Below are positions 42,476 to 54,364 of a stretch of 64,000 nucleotides of DNA, in pieces; position 1 is the stretch's first letter; every line of letters starts with the position of its first letter. Below the pieces are notes generated by a model. The model did not search any database and was not told the DNA's origin. It saw nothing but the letters and a program-made list of their open reading frames with translations. The DNA is from Deferribacterales bacterium (lineage in GTDB: Bacteria > Chrysiogenota > Deferribacteres > Deferribacterales > Geovibrionaceae). The stretch covers positions 1 to 64,000 of the forward strand of contig JBFWJS010000004.1 of NCBI GenBank assembly GCA_050253075.1, written 5' to 3'. Position numbers and translations under genes: made by a program.

Positions 42476-43543
42476 ATGCTTGAAAGTAACGAAAAAGCCA
42501 ACCTGCTGATCGTCGAGGACGATCGTTTTATTAGAAAGCTGTATATCGAGATACTCAAAGGTATCGACACCATAGACATACACGAGCTGGATTCTGCAGA
42601 AAACGCCATAAACTATATAAAAGAGAGCAAACCCGACCTGGTGATAATGGACTACAGGCTCCCAGGCATGAACGGACTGGAGGCCACAAAGCAGATAATC
42701 ATGGCTCACCCCGACACTATCGTACTGGTAATAAGCGGTGACGACAGAAGCACTCTGGAGGAAGAGATGCTGGAGGTCGGAGCCATATCCTTCCTCAAAA
42801 AACCCGTCAGGGGCAAGCTGCTCTACTTCACCATTATGAACTTCGTGGAAATAATACTTACGAAAAAACGCCTGAAAATGCAGATAGATCAGCACACCGT
42901 GAGACAAGCCGAGGTAAAGGCGGCATCCTCCTACACCTGCAAACCTATCCAATATACGACATCCAAAGACAAGTCGAACACCTTCGTCGACTCCTTCGAA
43001 AACAATGAGATCAGCCAAGACGCAGGCAATGTGCTCTCCGGCGGACAAAGCTCCGACACAAAGAGCGCAGTGGAGCTCTTCAATACTATAGAAGACTTTG
43101 AATACATAGAGGACTTCCTCGACAGCTATGAAAGGCTGACATACGACATAGACACCCTCAGCACCATAGTGGAGACACACATACTCCATGAGCTGAAAGA
43201 CATCATACACGACAACGCCACAAGGCTGAACATGCTCCTCGAGTTCCCTACTCTGACATACACGCTGTCGAGCATAGCCGACTTCATGGATGTGCAGGAT
43301 ATAGAGAACATGTGCGACATCCCCATGAAGAAGTTCGCAGTTTTCCTTCAGGACTTTTTCGACATGTACAGCCAGTGGGTGAAATCAGTCTTCATAAACA
43401 AAGACGCAGACGACATACACTATATGGACGTAACTCTAATGAGCTACGGTCTGCAGATTGACTCCATATTCTCCGACGTGAACGTGCTGACAGAGGACGA
43501 CGAGTCAGCCATAGACGAAGGCGGAAGCGTAGAGTTCTTTTAA
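42476..43543 (+). CDS. Response regulator with acidic helical C-terminal domain of unknown function
   Basis: REC (VEDD, MDYRLP, KKP); no HTH; ends GGSVEFF. Confidence 0.75.
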   Translation: MLESNEKANLLIVEDDRFIRKLYIEILKGIDTIDIHELDSAENAINYIKESKPDLVIMDYRLPGMNGLEATKQIIMAHPDTIVLVISGDDRSTLEEEMLEVGAISFLKKPVRGKLLYFTIMNFVEIILTKKRLKMQIDQHTVRQAEVKAASSYTCKPIQYTTSKDKSNTFVDSFENNEISQDAGNVLSGGQSSDTKSAVELFNTIEDFEYIEDFLDSYERLTYDIDTLSTIVETHILHELKDIIHDNATRLNMLLEFPTLTYTLSSIADFMDVQDIENMCDIPMKKFAVFLQDFFDMYSQWVKSVFINKDADDIHYMDVTLMSYGLQIDSIFSDVNVLTEDDESAIDEGGSVEFF

Positions 43544-43667
43544 CATTAGTTTTTTGTCAGAAGGACGTTAAACATAGGGAACTGCTGGTTATTTTTACCT
43601 AACACGTATTTGCTTTACGTTCAAAACTGGTATATTATTTATGTACTAAGTTAAGGGCTGTTCTTTT

Positions 43668-45218
43668 ATGTTTGGAAAAATTTGTTCATTTTTTATCTTC
43701 ACAATATCTGCATATTTACTTGCGTGTAATGTTTCATATGCTGATTCCAGAGCGCTTAAGAGTGCATCCGTGCACAATGATGAAAAGCGTGTAGCTATAG
43801 TAATAGGCAACTCCGACTATGCATCAGCCCCCCTTAAGAATCCTGCCAATGATGCGAAATCCGTGGCAGACACTCTTAGAAAACTCAATTTCAAAGTTTA
43901 CGACTATTACAATCTGAACCTGAACGACATAAAACGTGTTACGGATACCTTTGCCAAAAGCGAAAACGCAGGGGGCACCGCTCTATTCTATTTCGCAGGT
44001 CACGGCATGCAGTCAGGGGGGAACAACTACCTCGTCCCCGTTAATGCCGATATCAAAGGCGAAGGCGACATAGAATTCGAAGCAATGAACCTGAACCGTG
44101 TACTCTCCAAAATGGAATCCGCCAACAACAGAGTGAATATCGTAATCCTCGACGCATGCAGAAACAACCCATTCACAAGGAGCTACCGCTCCGCATCGGC
44201 AGGGCTGGCAACTGTGGATGCGCCTCTCGGCAGCTTCATCGCCTATGCCACCGCACCGGGTAAGGTCGCCAGCGACGGCAATGACGCAAACGGGCTCTTC
44301 ACCAGCGCATTCATAGACGTGCTGAACAATACAAAAGGGATAACCATCGAACAGCTTTTCAAATATGTCCGTTCGAATGTGAGGATATCCTCCGACGGAG
44401 AACAGATACCCTGGACATCTTCCAGCATGGAGGGGGATTTCTTCTTCTCTCCTTCGGACACTCCCGTAGTATCTCTCCAGACACAGACACCTATCAAAAA
44501 AGAAGTAAAAGCATCATCCGCAGGGATAGACACTTTTACGGAAAAATATACAGGCATGAAGCTGAACAAGATAAAGGCCGGATGCTTCATGATGGGCAGC
44601 CACCAGCAGGAGAAGCACGCCGAAGCCGACGAAACACCTCTGCACAGAGTATGCCTCGGCGAATACTACATAGGCATACACGAAGTCACCCAGCAGGAAT
44701 GGACAAAGGTGATGGGGTATAATCCGTCAATATTTCAGCAGTGCGGAGCAGACTGCCCCGTCGAGAATATCTCATGGGACGACGCCGTATCATTTACCAA
44801 AAAGCTGAGCGAGACCACAGGCAAGAGCTTTCGACTGCCCACAGAGGCAGAGTGGGAATACGCAGCCAAAGAGGGCGGGAAAGTCTCCGTGACACCGACA
44901 GAGCTGGACGCCGTATCATGGCATAAGGGTAACGCCTCAGGCAGAACACACCAAGTCGGTGGAAAGGCTCCGAACGGATTCGGCATCTACGACATGCTGG
45001 GCAATGTTCAGGAGTGGTGCTCGGACAACTACCAATTCGGCTATTACAGCTTTTCCCCTATGAACAGCCCGAAAGGCGCAGATGAAGACACCAGAAAGTC
45101 TTTACGGGGAGGCTCGTGGATAGGCGACGAGACAAAGGTGAGGCTGACAAACCGCAGAGGGATAGGCTCCCACGGCATCGGGCCTTACATCGGATTCCGT
45201 ATAGTTATGACAGACTAA
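43668..45218 (+). CDS. Exported caspase-family (peptidase C14) protein with C-terminal FGE-sulfatase/SUMF1 domain
   Basis: Signal peptide; RVAIVIGNSDY, LKNPANDA, His FAGHG, Cys LDACR; RLPTEAEWEYAA, DMLGNVQEW, RGGSW, IGFR. Confidence 0.9.
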   Translation: MFGKICSFFIFTISAYLLACNVSYADSRALKSASVHNDEKRVAIVIGNSDYASAPLKNPANDAKSVADTLRKLNFKVYDYYNLNLNDIKRVTDTFAKSENAGGTALFYFAGHGMQSGGNNYLVPVNADIKGEGDIEFEAMNLNRVLSKMESANNRVNIVILDACRNNPFTRSYRSASAGLATVDAPLGSFIAYATAPGKVASDGNDANGLFTSAFIDVLNNTKGITIEQLFKYVRSNVRISSDGEQIPWTSSSMEGDFFFSPSDTPVVSLQTQTPIKKEVKASSAGIDTFTEKYTGMKLNKIKAGCFMMGSHQQEKHAEADETPLHRVCLGEYYIGIHEVTQQEWTKVMGYNPSIFQQCGADCPVENISWDDAVSFTKKLSETTGKSFRLPTEAEWEYAAKEGGKVSVTPTELDAVSWHKGNASGRTHQVGGKAPNGFGIYDMLGNVQEWCSDNYQFGYYSFSPMNSPKGADEDTRKSLRGGSWIGDETKVRLTNRRGIGSHGIGPYIGFRIVMTD

Positions 45219-45250
45219 AAAATAATTATAGAGAGAAGGAGGGCTGTATT

Positions 45251-45667
45251 TTGAAAAAGTTAATACTAATTTTGTCAGTGGCCGTATTTATGCTGACAGG
45301 GTGTGCTTCGGCGCCGAAGAGACCGTTTATGGAGGTCGCCAGCATACCGCAGGGTAAGGGTGTAGTGTATATCTACATGCCGTCTAAGGAAAACTATCTG
45401 AATGAACTGGACGTAAGAGTAGACAACATCGAAGGGATAGGCACCATCGCAGGGAACCTGCTCAAAGGGACATACGTGTCTTATATGGCTCCTGTGGGCG
45501 ACAACCTTTTCAGAGCTGAAAAGAAAGCCGTTAACATCACCGTCGAAGAGGGTCAGTCTTACTTTGTTAAGATAAAGACTTATAAGTTTTTCGGTGTGAA
45601 GATCGAACTTACCGAAATCGATCCTTCGGCAGGGTTCGTACATATCAAAACAACTCAGCAAAGATAA
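45251..45667 (+). CDS. Lipoprotein, DUF2846-like
   Basis: TTG start after AGGAGG; lipobox LTGC; KGVVYIY...VEEGQSYFVK. Confidence 0.7.
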   Translation: MKKLILILSVAVFMLTGCASAPKRPFMEVASIPQGKGVVYIYMPSKENYLNELDVRVDNIEGIGTIAGNLLKGTYVSYMAPVGDNLFRAEKKAVNITVEEGQSYFVKIKTYKFFGVKIELTEIDPSAGFVHIKTTQQR

Positions 45668-45685
45668 TCACTTAAGGAGATAAAG

Positions 45686-45811
45686 ATGAAAAAAACATTA
45701 TTTCTGATACTGGCATTGAGCATCCTCGTCGCAGGCTGTGTGCCACAGAAGCAAACGATCCCTACGAGGACGACACTCACAAAATACACTGTTGATACAG
45801 ACTGTAAATAA
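45686..45811 (+). CDS. 41-aa small lipoprotein (missing from the ORF track)
   Basis: AAGGAG RBS; MKKTLFLILALSILVAGCVPQKQTIPTRTTLTKYTVDTDCK; lipobox VAGC; fills the gap in the operon. Confidence 0.7.
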   Translation: MKKTLFLILALSILVAGCVPQKQTIPTRTTLTKYTVDTDCK

Positions 45812-45819
45812 GGCGGGAG

Positions 45820-46578
45820 ATGAAAATGAAAAGAATAATAATACTTTTTACCATAGCGGCGGCAATGTTCTTAACAGGATGCACACAGTCCGCAGTTCAG
45901 TATACAAATGTGGGAGCTATGGATCTCCCTATTAAGAAATATCCTGCAAGGGAAAACCTTTCAGACCTGTCGCTTGCCATCGCAAAGCCAGAGGTCACCA
46001 TATCATTCAAAGCGTCAAACGTGCTTAAGCTCGCTCTGCAGAAGCGCATCGCTCAGGATGCATACACACTTGCTTGTCACCTTACGTCTGAAATGCGTAA
46101 GATACTCGTGGCAAAAGGCTTCACTATCACTGATACATTCGACAGCCTGAACGCTATGACATTCACACAGAAGAGAAACACATCTGCTCTTTTCACTGCT
46201 TTCATAAACATAGAGATAAGCGAAGAGACACTCTCTGAGCTCGTAGACTTTGTTCCACAGAGAGCATTCGGAACCATCGCTTCCAAGGCTAAGCTCCAGA
46301 TCGCTACAATCGAGCCTCTCTCAGGCGAGATCGTATGGCTGAAGAATGTACCTGTTCAGGACAGCGACATCCAGCTTCAGTACCCATACTGGCCTAGCAT
46401 GAACGCTTCCGAGTCTATGATACCGAACGAACTCACAGGCACAGTGGACTCTGTGGACGCTATCTTCAAGCAGACAAACGATAAGATCACAGACGCTGTG
46501 GACTCATTCGTAAGTGTTGACGAATTCATGTTCCTCAACACAGACATCAAAAAGCTGAAGAACATCAAACGCTACTAG
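45820..46578 (+). CDS. Lipoprotein, HpaA/NLBH-like
   Basis: Lipobox LTGC; ILVAKGF, MTFTQK, IEPLSGEIVW resemble the HpaA family (from recall). Confidence 0.6.
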   Translation: MKMKRIIILFTIAAAMFLTGCTQSAVQYTNVGAMDLPIKKYPARENLSDLSLAIAKPEVTISFKASNVLKLALQKRIAQDAYTLACHLTSEMRKILVAKGFTITDTFDSLNAMTFTQKRNTSALFTAFINIEISEETLSELVDFVPQRAFGTIASKAKLQIATIEPLSGEIVWLKNVPVQDSDIQLQYPYWPSMNASESMIPNELTGTVDSVDAIFKQTNDKITDAVDSFVSVDEFMFLNTDIKKLKNIKRY

Positions 46579-46682
46579 GCAGGCGCCTAGAGGCTTATTA
46601 TAAGCGGATGCAATATGCGCTCACACTGTGAGCTGCATAGTTTATATAATTATAAGGGCTGCTCGGAAACGGACATAGCCCC

Positions 46683-46897
46683 TTAAAAGATTTGTTGTAG
46701 AATCTCTAAAACAAACAAAGCTACGTCATTCTGAGCGTAGCGAAGAATCTGATACCATTAGAGAATCTACGTGTTCAGATCCTTCGGCTAAAGCCTCAGG
46801 ATGACGAAAAAATTTTCCTGAAACATAAAAACCCCAATCTTATTATTAAAATTGGGGTTTTTCTTATTTTACTTCAAAATTTCAACACGTCTTTTAA
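46683..46897. mobile_element. MITE-like element, copy 1
   Basis: Imperfect TIRs ttaaaagatttgttg / caacacgtcttttaa; first ~115 bp similar to 59424-59538; carries a CGTC palindrome pair. Confidence 0.6.
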
Positions 46898-46931
46898 GTC
46901 TCTTGGGAAATGGGCGGCCTTTTTATTTCTA

Positions 46932-46964
46932 AGATTGCCGCGTCACTCCGTTCCTCGCAATGAC
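46932..46964. repeat. CGTC-type half element
   Basis: agattgccgcgtcactccgttcctcgcaatgac. Confidence 0.65.
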
Positions 46965-47113
46965 TTTTAACACAAGGAACACGGATGTTCCTGTTTCACG
47001 CCAAAACAAAAAGGGCTGAACCTTTGCAGGAACAGCCCTTTATTTTATTCAGCATTTACAGCACCTGAGAAAGCTATGCTTTCGATAGTGCCAAAAGGAA
47101 GGACACGAGTGTC

Positions 47114-49663
47114 CTAGAATGCTACAGTTTCGACGTAAGAGAGCTCGAAGTCTCCCATTTTGTCGAATTCGAGGTATTTGTATATCTCAGCTTTGTTAGG
47201 AGCTACTTTAGCGTTGTAAAGCTCGAAGTATTCAGCAGGTGTAGGGAGCTGACCTTTAAGAGCTGTTACGGCTGTGAGCTCGGCAGAACCGAGGAATACC
47301 ATAGATCCGTCACCGATACGGTTAGGGAAGTTACGTGTGGATGTGGAAAGCACGTATGCTCCCGGTGCAACACGTCCCTGGTTACCCATACAGAGTGAAC
47401 AGCCTGGAACTTCCATTCTAGCGCCTACGGAAGAGAAGATGCTGTAGTAGCCTTCATCTTTAAGCTGCATTTCGTCCATAAGTGTAGGAGGTGTCATCCA
47501 CATGCGTGTGGAAGGATACTGCTCGCCTTCCCAGATTTTACCTGCAGCGCGGAAGTGACCGATGTTTGTCATACAGGAACCGATGAATGTCTCATCGATC
47601 TTCTGACCTGCAACTTCGGAAAGAAGTTTAACATCATCAGGGTCGTTAGGGCATGCAAGGATTGGCTCTGTGATCTCTGCGAGGTCGATCTCGATAACAG
47701 CAGCGTATTCTGCGTTTTCGTCTCTCTCGAGGAGTTTCGGAGCAGCAAGCCATGCTTTAGCATCGTCGATACGCTTCTGAAGTGTAGCTGCGTGCTGGTA
47801 GCCTGCTTTGATCATTTTCTCCATCAGGGCGATGTTAGACTTAAGATAAGCAGCAACAGCTTCTTCTGTGAGCTTTATAGTACCGCCGGCAGCAGAGCGC
47901 TCAGCAGTAGCGTCAGTAAGCTCGAAAGCCTGCTCAACAGTCAGGTTCGGCAGACCTTCCATCTCAAGGATACGTCCGTTGAAGATGTTCTTTTTATTTT
48001 TCTTAGGAACAGTGAGAAGACCCTGCTTGATAGCCCAGAATGGGATAGCGTTTACAGCATCGCGAAGTGTGATGCCGGGGTTGAACTCACCTTTGAATTT
48101 TACAAGTACAGACTCAGGTACGTCGAGAGGCATGAAGCCGAGAGCACCTGCGAAAGCTACAAGACCGGAACCAGCAGGAAGTGAAAGTCCCATTGGGAAT
48201 CTTGTGTGGGAGTCACCGCCTGTTCCGAGTGTATCAGGAAGGAGGAGTCTGTTCAGCCAAGAGTGGATAACACCGTCTCCGGGTCTGAGAGCAACACCCT
48301 TTCTAGCGGATACGAAATCAGGGAGTGATTTGTGCATAGCAACGTCTGCTGATTTAGGGTAAGCAGCAGTGTGGCAGAAAGACTGCATAAACATAGGAGA
48401 AAGGAACTCAAGACAAGCGAGCTCTTTGATCTCGTCTCTTGTCATTGGTCCTGTTGTATCCTGAGAACCTACAGTAGTCATCTTAGGCTCACAAGCTGTT
48501 CCCGGAAGAACGCCTTCTACGCCGCATGCGCGTCCGATGATCTTCTGAGCGAGTGTGTAGCCCTGATCAGCCTTAGGTGTAGGGTTAACAGCTTTTGTAA
48601 ATACTTCGGACTCGCCGAGGCCGAGAGCTTTACGAGCATTATTTGTAAGTGTACGTCCGATGATAAGGTTAAGACGTCCGCCGGCTCTGTACTCGTCTTT
48701 AATAGTAGCAGGCTTAAGCTCGAAAGTGGAAACCACTTTACCGTTAGCGGATACTTCGCCTTTTTCAGTGTTGATAGTAACAACATCGCCTGTGTTAAGC
48801 TCATCAACGTTACACATGATAGGCAGACCGCCAGAGTCCTGTGTTGTGTTGAAGAAGATAGGAGCGATAACGTTACCGATGATAGTACCGCCGTTCTTTT
48901 TGTTAGGAACGAAAGGAATATCTGAACCTATTCTCCACATAACAGAGTTGCATGCAGACTTACGGGAAGAACCTGTACCTACAACGTCACCGATGAAAGC
49001 AACTTCAAAGCCTTCAGCCTTGAACTTTTCCATTGTCTCGTTTCCGTCAGGGAATCCTGTCTCACCCATAGCAAGAGCGTGGAGTGGGATATCAGGACGG
49101 CTCCATGCGTGTTTAGCAGGAGAAAAGTCGTCTGTGTTAGTCTCACCGGCAACTTTGTATATCTTAACCTGATACTCTTTTCTGAGCTCAGGCTTGCTTG
49201 TAAACCATTCAGCGTCAGCCCAGGACTGAAGAACAGCCTTAGCATTAGCGTTAGAAGCAGAAAGTTTAACTATCTCGTCGAAAGCACCGTAAACGAGGAT
49301 AGTCTTTTTAAGAGCTTCGGCAGCATCGGCACCGAGCTCTGCATCAGAGAGAAGCTCAACGAGGTATTTTACGTTGTAACCGCCGAGCATTGTTCCGAGA
49401 AGGAATACGGCGCGTTTTTTGTCGATAAGTGCACACTTGGCAGCACCTTTAGCGACTTTACCAAGCCAATCAGCTTTAACCTCGGAAGCAGGGTCAACAC
49501 CGGGTGCAACTCTGTTTTCGATGAGGTCTACGAGCTCAGCAGTAGCGTTTGCCTCGAGCATTTTGCATACTTCTGCAGTAAACTCAGCAGAAAGTGGAAG
49601 AGCAGGAATGCCCATTTTGGCTCTGTCTTCGACCTGTTTCTTGTAATCATCCATCATTGACAT
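47114..49663 (-). CDS. acnB: Aconitate hydratase B
   Basis: [48 protein letters not shown]. Confidence 0.96.
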   Translation of the reverse strand: MSMMDDYKKQVEDRAKMGIPALPLSAEFTAEVCKMLEANATAELVDLIENRVAPGVDPASEVKADWLGKVAKGAAKCALIDKKRAVFLLGTMLGGYNVKYLVELLSDAELGADAAEALKKTILVYGAFDEIVKLSASNANAKAVLQSWADAEWFTSKPELRKEYQVKIYKVAGETNTDDFSPAKHAWSRPDIPLHALAMGETGFPDGNETMEKFKAEGFEVAFIGDVVGTGSSRKSACNSVMWRIGSDIPFVPNKKNGGTIIGNVIAPIFFNTTQDSGGLPIMCNVDELNTGDVVTINTEKGEVSANGKVVSTFELKPATIKDEYRAGGRLNLIIGRTLTNNARKALGLGESEVFTKAVNPTPKADQGYTLAQKIIGRACGVEGVLPGTACEPKMTTVGSQDTTGPMTRDEIKELACLEFLSPMFMQSFCHTAAYPKSADVAMHKSLPDFVSARKGVALRPGDGVIHSWLNRLLLPDTLGTGGDSHTRFPMGLSLPAGSGLVAFAGALGFMPLDVPESVLVKFKGEFNPGITLRDAVNAIPFWAIKQGLLTVPKKNKKNIFNGRILEMEGLPNLTVEQAFELTDATAERSAAGGTIKLTEEAVAAYLKSNIALMEKMIKAGYQHAATLQKRIDDAKAWLAAPKLLERDENAEYAAVIEIDLAEITEPILACPNDPDDVKLLSEVAGQKIDETFIGSCMTNIGHFRAAGKIWEGEQYPSTRMWMTPPTLMDEMQLKDEGYYSIFSSVGARMEVPGCSLCMGNQGRVAPGAYVLSTSTRNFPNRIGDGSMVFLGSAELTAVTALKGQLPTPAEYFELYNAKVAPNKAEIYKYLEFDKMGDFELSYVETVAF

Positions 49664-49786
49664 GATCAACTCCTATTAAGTTTAATGATTTATTTCCGAC
49701 CTGCAAAAGTTTAGGCACCTTCAACAGGCCTATTTTTTTCTTTTAGTTTTGCATTTGGGCGAAATACGCCTATGCCTCGCTAAAGA

Positions 49787-49829
49787 TTGTATTCTGTATA
49801 CAATATTTGGAACATTTGTCAAGCACTAT
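49787..49829 (-). promoter_or_regulatory. acnB promoter with 17-bp palindromic operator
   Basis: TTGTATTCTGTATACAA (49787-49803); atttgtcaagcactat identical to the icd upstream region. Confidence 0.65.
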
Positions 49830-50025
49830 TATTACGGCGTTTCAGCTAAAACACCTTAATTAAAGGGGATTTGAATAAGAAGAAGCAAAGATACACATAT
49901 GGAAATGAAACACCTTTTGACCACGCACCAATCATAGAATTCGTCGGCTTTTCCAGCGATTTCTTTCTCTGTGGACGAAAGATTTACCGCCTTTTTACCC
50001 AAGTGCGCGAATTCGGCAGTGCAAT

Positions 50026-52620
50026 TTACTCTTTGATCAATATCTCGAGAACCTGTGATTTTATATCCGATCTGAGCACAAGAGGCATTTCGTCAAATCT
50101 GTAAAGCCGCACGGCCTTATTGATCTCAGGCATGTCCGTCACGACATCTGAAAAGCAGTTTTCGAACCTGTCAAAAACATCTTTCTTATATGTACACTCG
50201 AATGATTTCGGAAACAGTGCCATGAAAAAGATGTTCCCCTCGACCAGATCCTGAAAAAAGTGCGACCCGAAAGAAAGCTCAGGCATGAGCCCGCCTTCCT
50301 CGAACTCTATCTCGCCAAGGGCGCTCATGTGATTTATATCTGCGAAATTAACAGGCACACCGAGCTTCGGAGTAGAAGTGCCCCATCGCCCCGGCCCCAG
50401 AAGCAGCGTCTGACGCCCGCACTCGGGGATATCGTCATTGATCTGCCTTATAGCTCTGGCAACGGAAAACTTCTCAGACTCGCTCAGATAATAATATTCA
50501 TAAGGATCGACAACAATCACCTGATGAAGTCTTATGATGGCATTCCCGCCCATAAAGTTGCTTTTCGACTGAAACACGGGCTTATAGTCTGCCAGTCTGC
50601 TTTCATCAAAATCCAGATCGTCTGATATTATATTTGTCTGGTGCGGTCTGCACTGAACCAGATTGACCTTGTAAGAGCCGTCTTCCGTGAAATTCAGCGT
50701 GAATTCAATATCGACCGGATATTCGTATTCATCTTCGATAATGTTCATAAGCTCCATCATCTGCTCGGTAAAATCTGTCTGTTTCAGCAGTCTGTCGAAG
50801 GTGACTATCCAGATATCTTTTCTCGGACGCCCCCTGTCCGCAAGCATCCTTTCCGCCGCTCTGTCATGGACGGCTACTTTATTAAAATCAAAAGGGAAAT
50901 CCTTATTATATAATTCATAGATAGAGACAGCATTCTTACCGCTCACTCTCGTGTCGAGCACATCGAGCTGCCTCTGTGAAAAACGCTTTATATCGTCCGT
51001 ATCATTCAGAGGGTTCATATCCGGTGCATTAAGCGCCACGACACGGGGATAGTCGTCCTTCACCCTGTTCACAGCCCTTGTGCCGAGCCCCACGACCAAA
51101 CGGAGCATACCTGCCTCCGGCTTTATATCATCGTGCCAGACATAAGTGTTGTATGACAAGCCCACGCCCGCCACATGAGGATAATAATAGTATCCGTGAA
51201 AACACCCTGAAACCCTTTGTATAAGGATCCCCATCTGCTCATCGGTATGCGCCAGCCCCTTAGTAATGCGGTATTCAAGGGCGTCCTGACACATCGCGCT
51301 GGCATATACACGTTTCAGGTTATAAATGAACTCCTTAAGCCTCGTCTCAGGTGAACCCTGAATCGAACAGAAAAAGCTCTCATATTTCCCTGCAAAAGCA
51401 TTACCGAAGCCGTCCTCCATTATACTGCTGGAACGGACAACGATAGGGTACTGGCCGTAATAGTCCAGCATAGCGCTGAACTGCTCTATGATCTCAGCAG
51501 GGAATTCGCCGTCAAGCATTAGCTTTTCGAGCTGTCTGCCTGCTTTCAGATACCCCTGTTCTGTCCTGTGCTCGATATACAGATTCCACCAGCCGTTATG
51601 AATGATGAAAGTATGAAAAACATCCGAACCGATAAAATACGAATCATGGGGCTCCATAAGGTTTCCCCATCTTTCTAAATCGTTGTTCTCCAATATCTTT
51701 CTGGACAGCAGCATACCTGTGGACTTTCCGCCGATAAATCCCGTGCCTATCATTCTGGATTTGATCGCTATCATATCCCCGAGGGTGAAATGCTTTTTCA
51801 CAAGTCTCAGTATATCCCTGTCACGGCTGATGATATGGCTTGAAATAGTATCGAAGACCTCAGATTTCTCTTCACTGTCGGGTAAAGACACCATCTCTCT
51901 GGCGTGCAGGATCATCCTGTCCCATGCATCCAGCTTCTTCTGGGCAGATGTCGTGACAGAACACAAGCTATAGAAAAGCCCCGTTGCCTCAATGCTGTTC
52001 ACGACGGGTCTGAATACGCCGTCCTCATGAAGTTTATGCGGGAGAAACATCGTAGGCGAGCTTCTTTCAAAAACTTTATGGGGGTGCATATATATTGTCC
52101 CTGCGTCGTTATACAGCTCAACAAATATCTGCGTTGTACCCTTTATTTTATTAATAGTATTGAACGAATGAGAGTTTTTCAAAGTGGCGAAGTATGCCAG
52201 AGCTTTCATCTTATACAGGTACGGACAGGTAACCATGAAAAGGTTCGCTATCATCGAATCTGTCGCCCAGTGCGAAAGCAGAGAGGAAAGACAATCAAAA
52301 ACGAAATACGAACCTTCCCCTGCCTGATTTATGTGTTCATATATCTGTTTAGAAAAGTTCTCGAAACCGACAGTGGGGTCCAGCTCGTGCAGTATGACAT
52401 TCTCGTTGTAGATGTCGATGACATAAGAATGGTCTGCAAAGCGGATGTAATGAACTTTGTTCCCGAGGTTTAAGGCTTTGTCGGCGTAAGGCTGAGCAAA
52501 TTTAATGTACTCATCGACGGATGGGGTGTGCCATACGACATTATCCCCTGCCCACAGAAAATTCAGGATTTCATCCAGACATTCCCTGCCTGTACTGATA
52601 TTTTCGGGCTGGCTGTTCAT
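50026..52620 (-). CDS. PEP/pyruvate-binding (PPDK N-terminal ATP-grasp-like) domain protein of unknown function
   Basis: IGGKSTG, VRSSSIMEDGFGNAFAGKYES, VVGLGTRAV, PVDIEF, VQCRP; no phospho-His swivel or PEP TIM-barrel recognised. Confidence 0.8.
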   Translation of the reverse strand: MNSQPENISTGRECLDEILNFLWAGDNVVWHTPSVDEYIKFAQPYADKALNLGNKVHYIRFADHSYVIDIYNENVILHELDPTVGFENFSKQIYEHINQAGEGSYFVFDCLSSLLSHWATDSMIANLFMVTCPYLYKMKALAYFATLKNSHSFNTINKIKGTTQIFVELYNDAGTIYMHPHKVFERSSPTMFLPHKLHEDGVFRPVVNSIEATGLFYSLCSVTTSAQKKLDAWDRMILHAREMVSLPDSEEKSEVFDTISSHIISRDRDILRLVKKHFTLGDMIAIKSRMIGTGFIGGKSTGMLLSRKILENNDLERWGNLMEPHDSYFIGSDVFHTFIIHNGWWNLYIEHRTEQGYLKAGRQLEKLMLDGEFPAEIIEQFSAMLDYYGQYPIVVRSSSIMEDGFGNAFAGKYESFFCSIQGSPETRLKEFIYNLKRVYASAMCQDALEYRITKGLAHTDEQMGILIQRVSGCFHGYYYYPHVAGVGLSYNTYVWHDDIKPEAGMLRLVVGLGTRAVNRVKDDYPRVVALNAPDMNPLNDTDDIKRFSQRQLDVLDTRVSGKNAVSIYELYNKDFPFDFNKVAVHDRAAERMLADRGRPRKDIWIVTFDRLLKQTDFTEQMMELMNIIEDEYEYPVDIEFTLNFTEDGSYKVNLVQCRPHQTNIISDDLDFDESRLADYKPVFQSKSNFMGGNAIIRLHQVIVVDPYEYYYLSESEKFSVARAIRQINDDIPECGRQTLLLGPGRWGTSTPKLGVPVNFADINHMSALGEIEFEEGGLMPELSFGSHFFQDLVEGNIFFMALFPKSFECTYKKDVFDRFENCFSDVVTDMPEINKAVRLYRFDEMPLVLRSDIKSQVLEILIKE

Positions 52621-52637
52621 TCGCTCCTCCGGATTAT

Positions 52638-52661
52638 AAAAAAGCGGGGCCGAAACCCCGC
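52638..52661 (-). terminator. Intrinsic terminator between gdhA and the PPDK-like gene
   Basis: GCGGGGT-TTCG-GCCCCGC-TTTTT. Confidence 0.75.
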
Positions 52662-52668
52662 ATATTAT

Positions 52669-54033
<1,365 letters not shown>

Positions 54034-54364
54034 TTAATCTAAACCCAATCAAGAACCTAATAATGTAATAAATACTACACGATTGGCATTAGAAAACAAT
54101 GTATTACTTTAAACAATGCTTTCATGCCTATTATCCGAGACTCTAAATTTGTGGTATTTCGAATGATATTTAAGAACAGAAAAAGGACATTAGATAACCT
54201 CTATGCAGGCAGCAGAATATCTGCTGACTCACTGACGGCCTTATAGTTATTTTTACGTATTTTCACTCTTTAAAAACACATATTAACACTTAGGCGATAA
54301 TAGTGGTATAATAGCGTATATGTGTGGCTTCCTAATTTAATTCATCATGAGTGTGGTTATTATT

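Noticed and set aside
45080..45218. Diversity-generating retroelement target (FGE/C-lectin C-terminus)
   Set aside because: No template-repeat copy and no reverse transcriptase seen in the window
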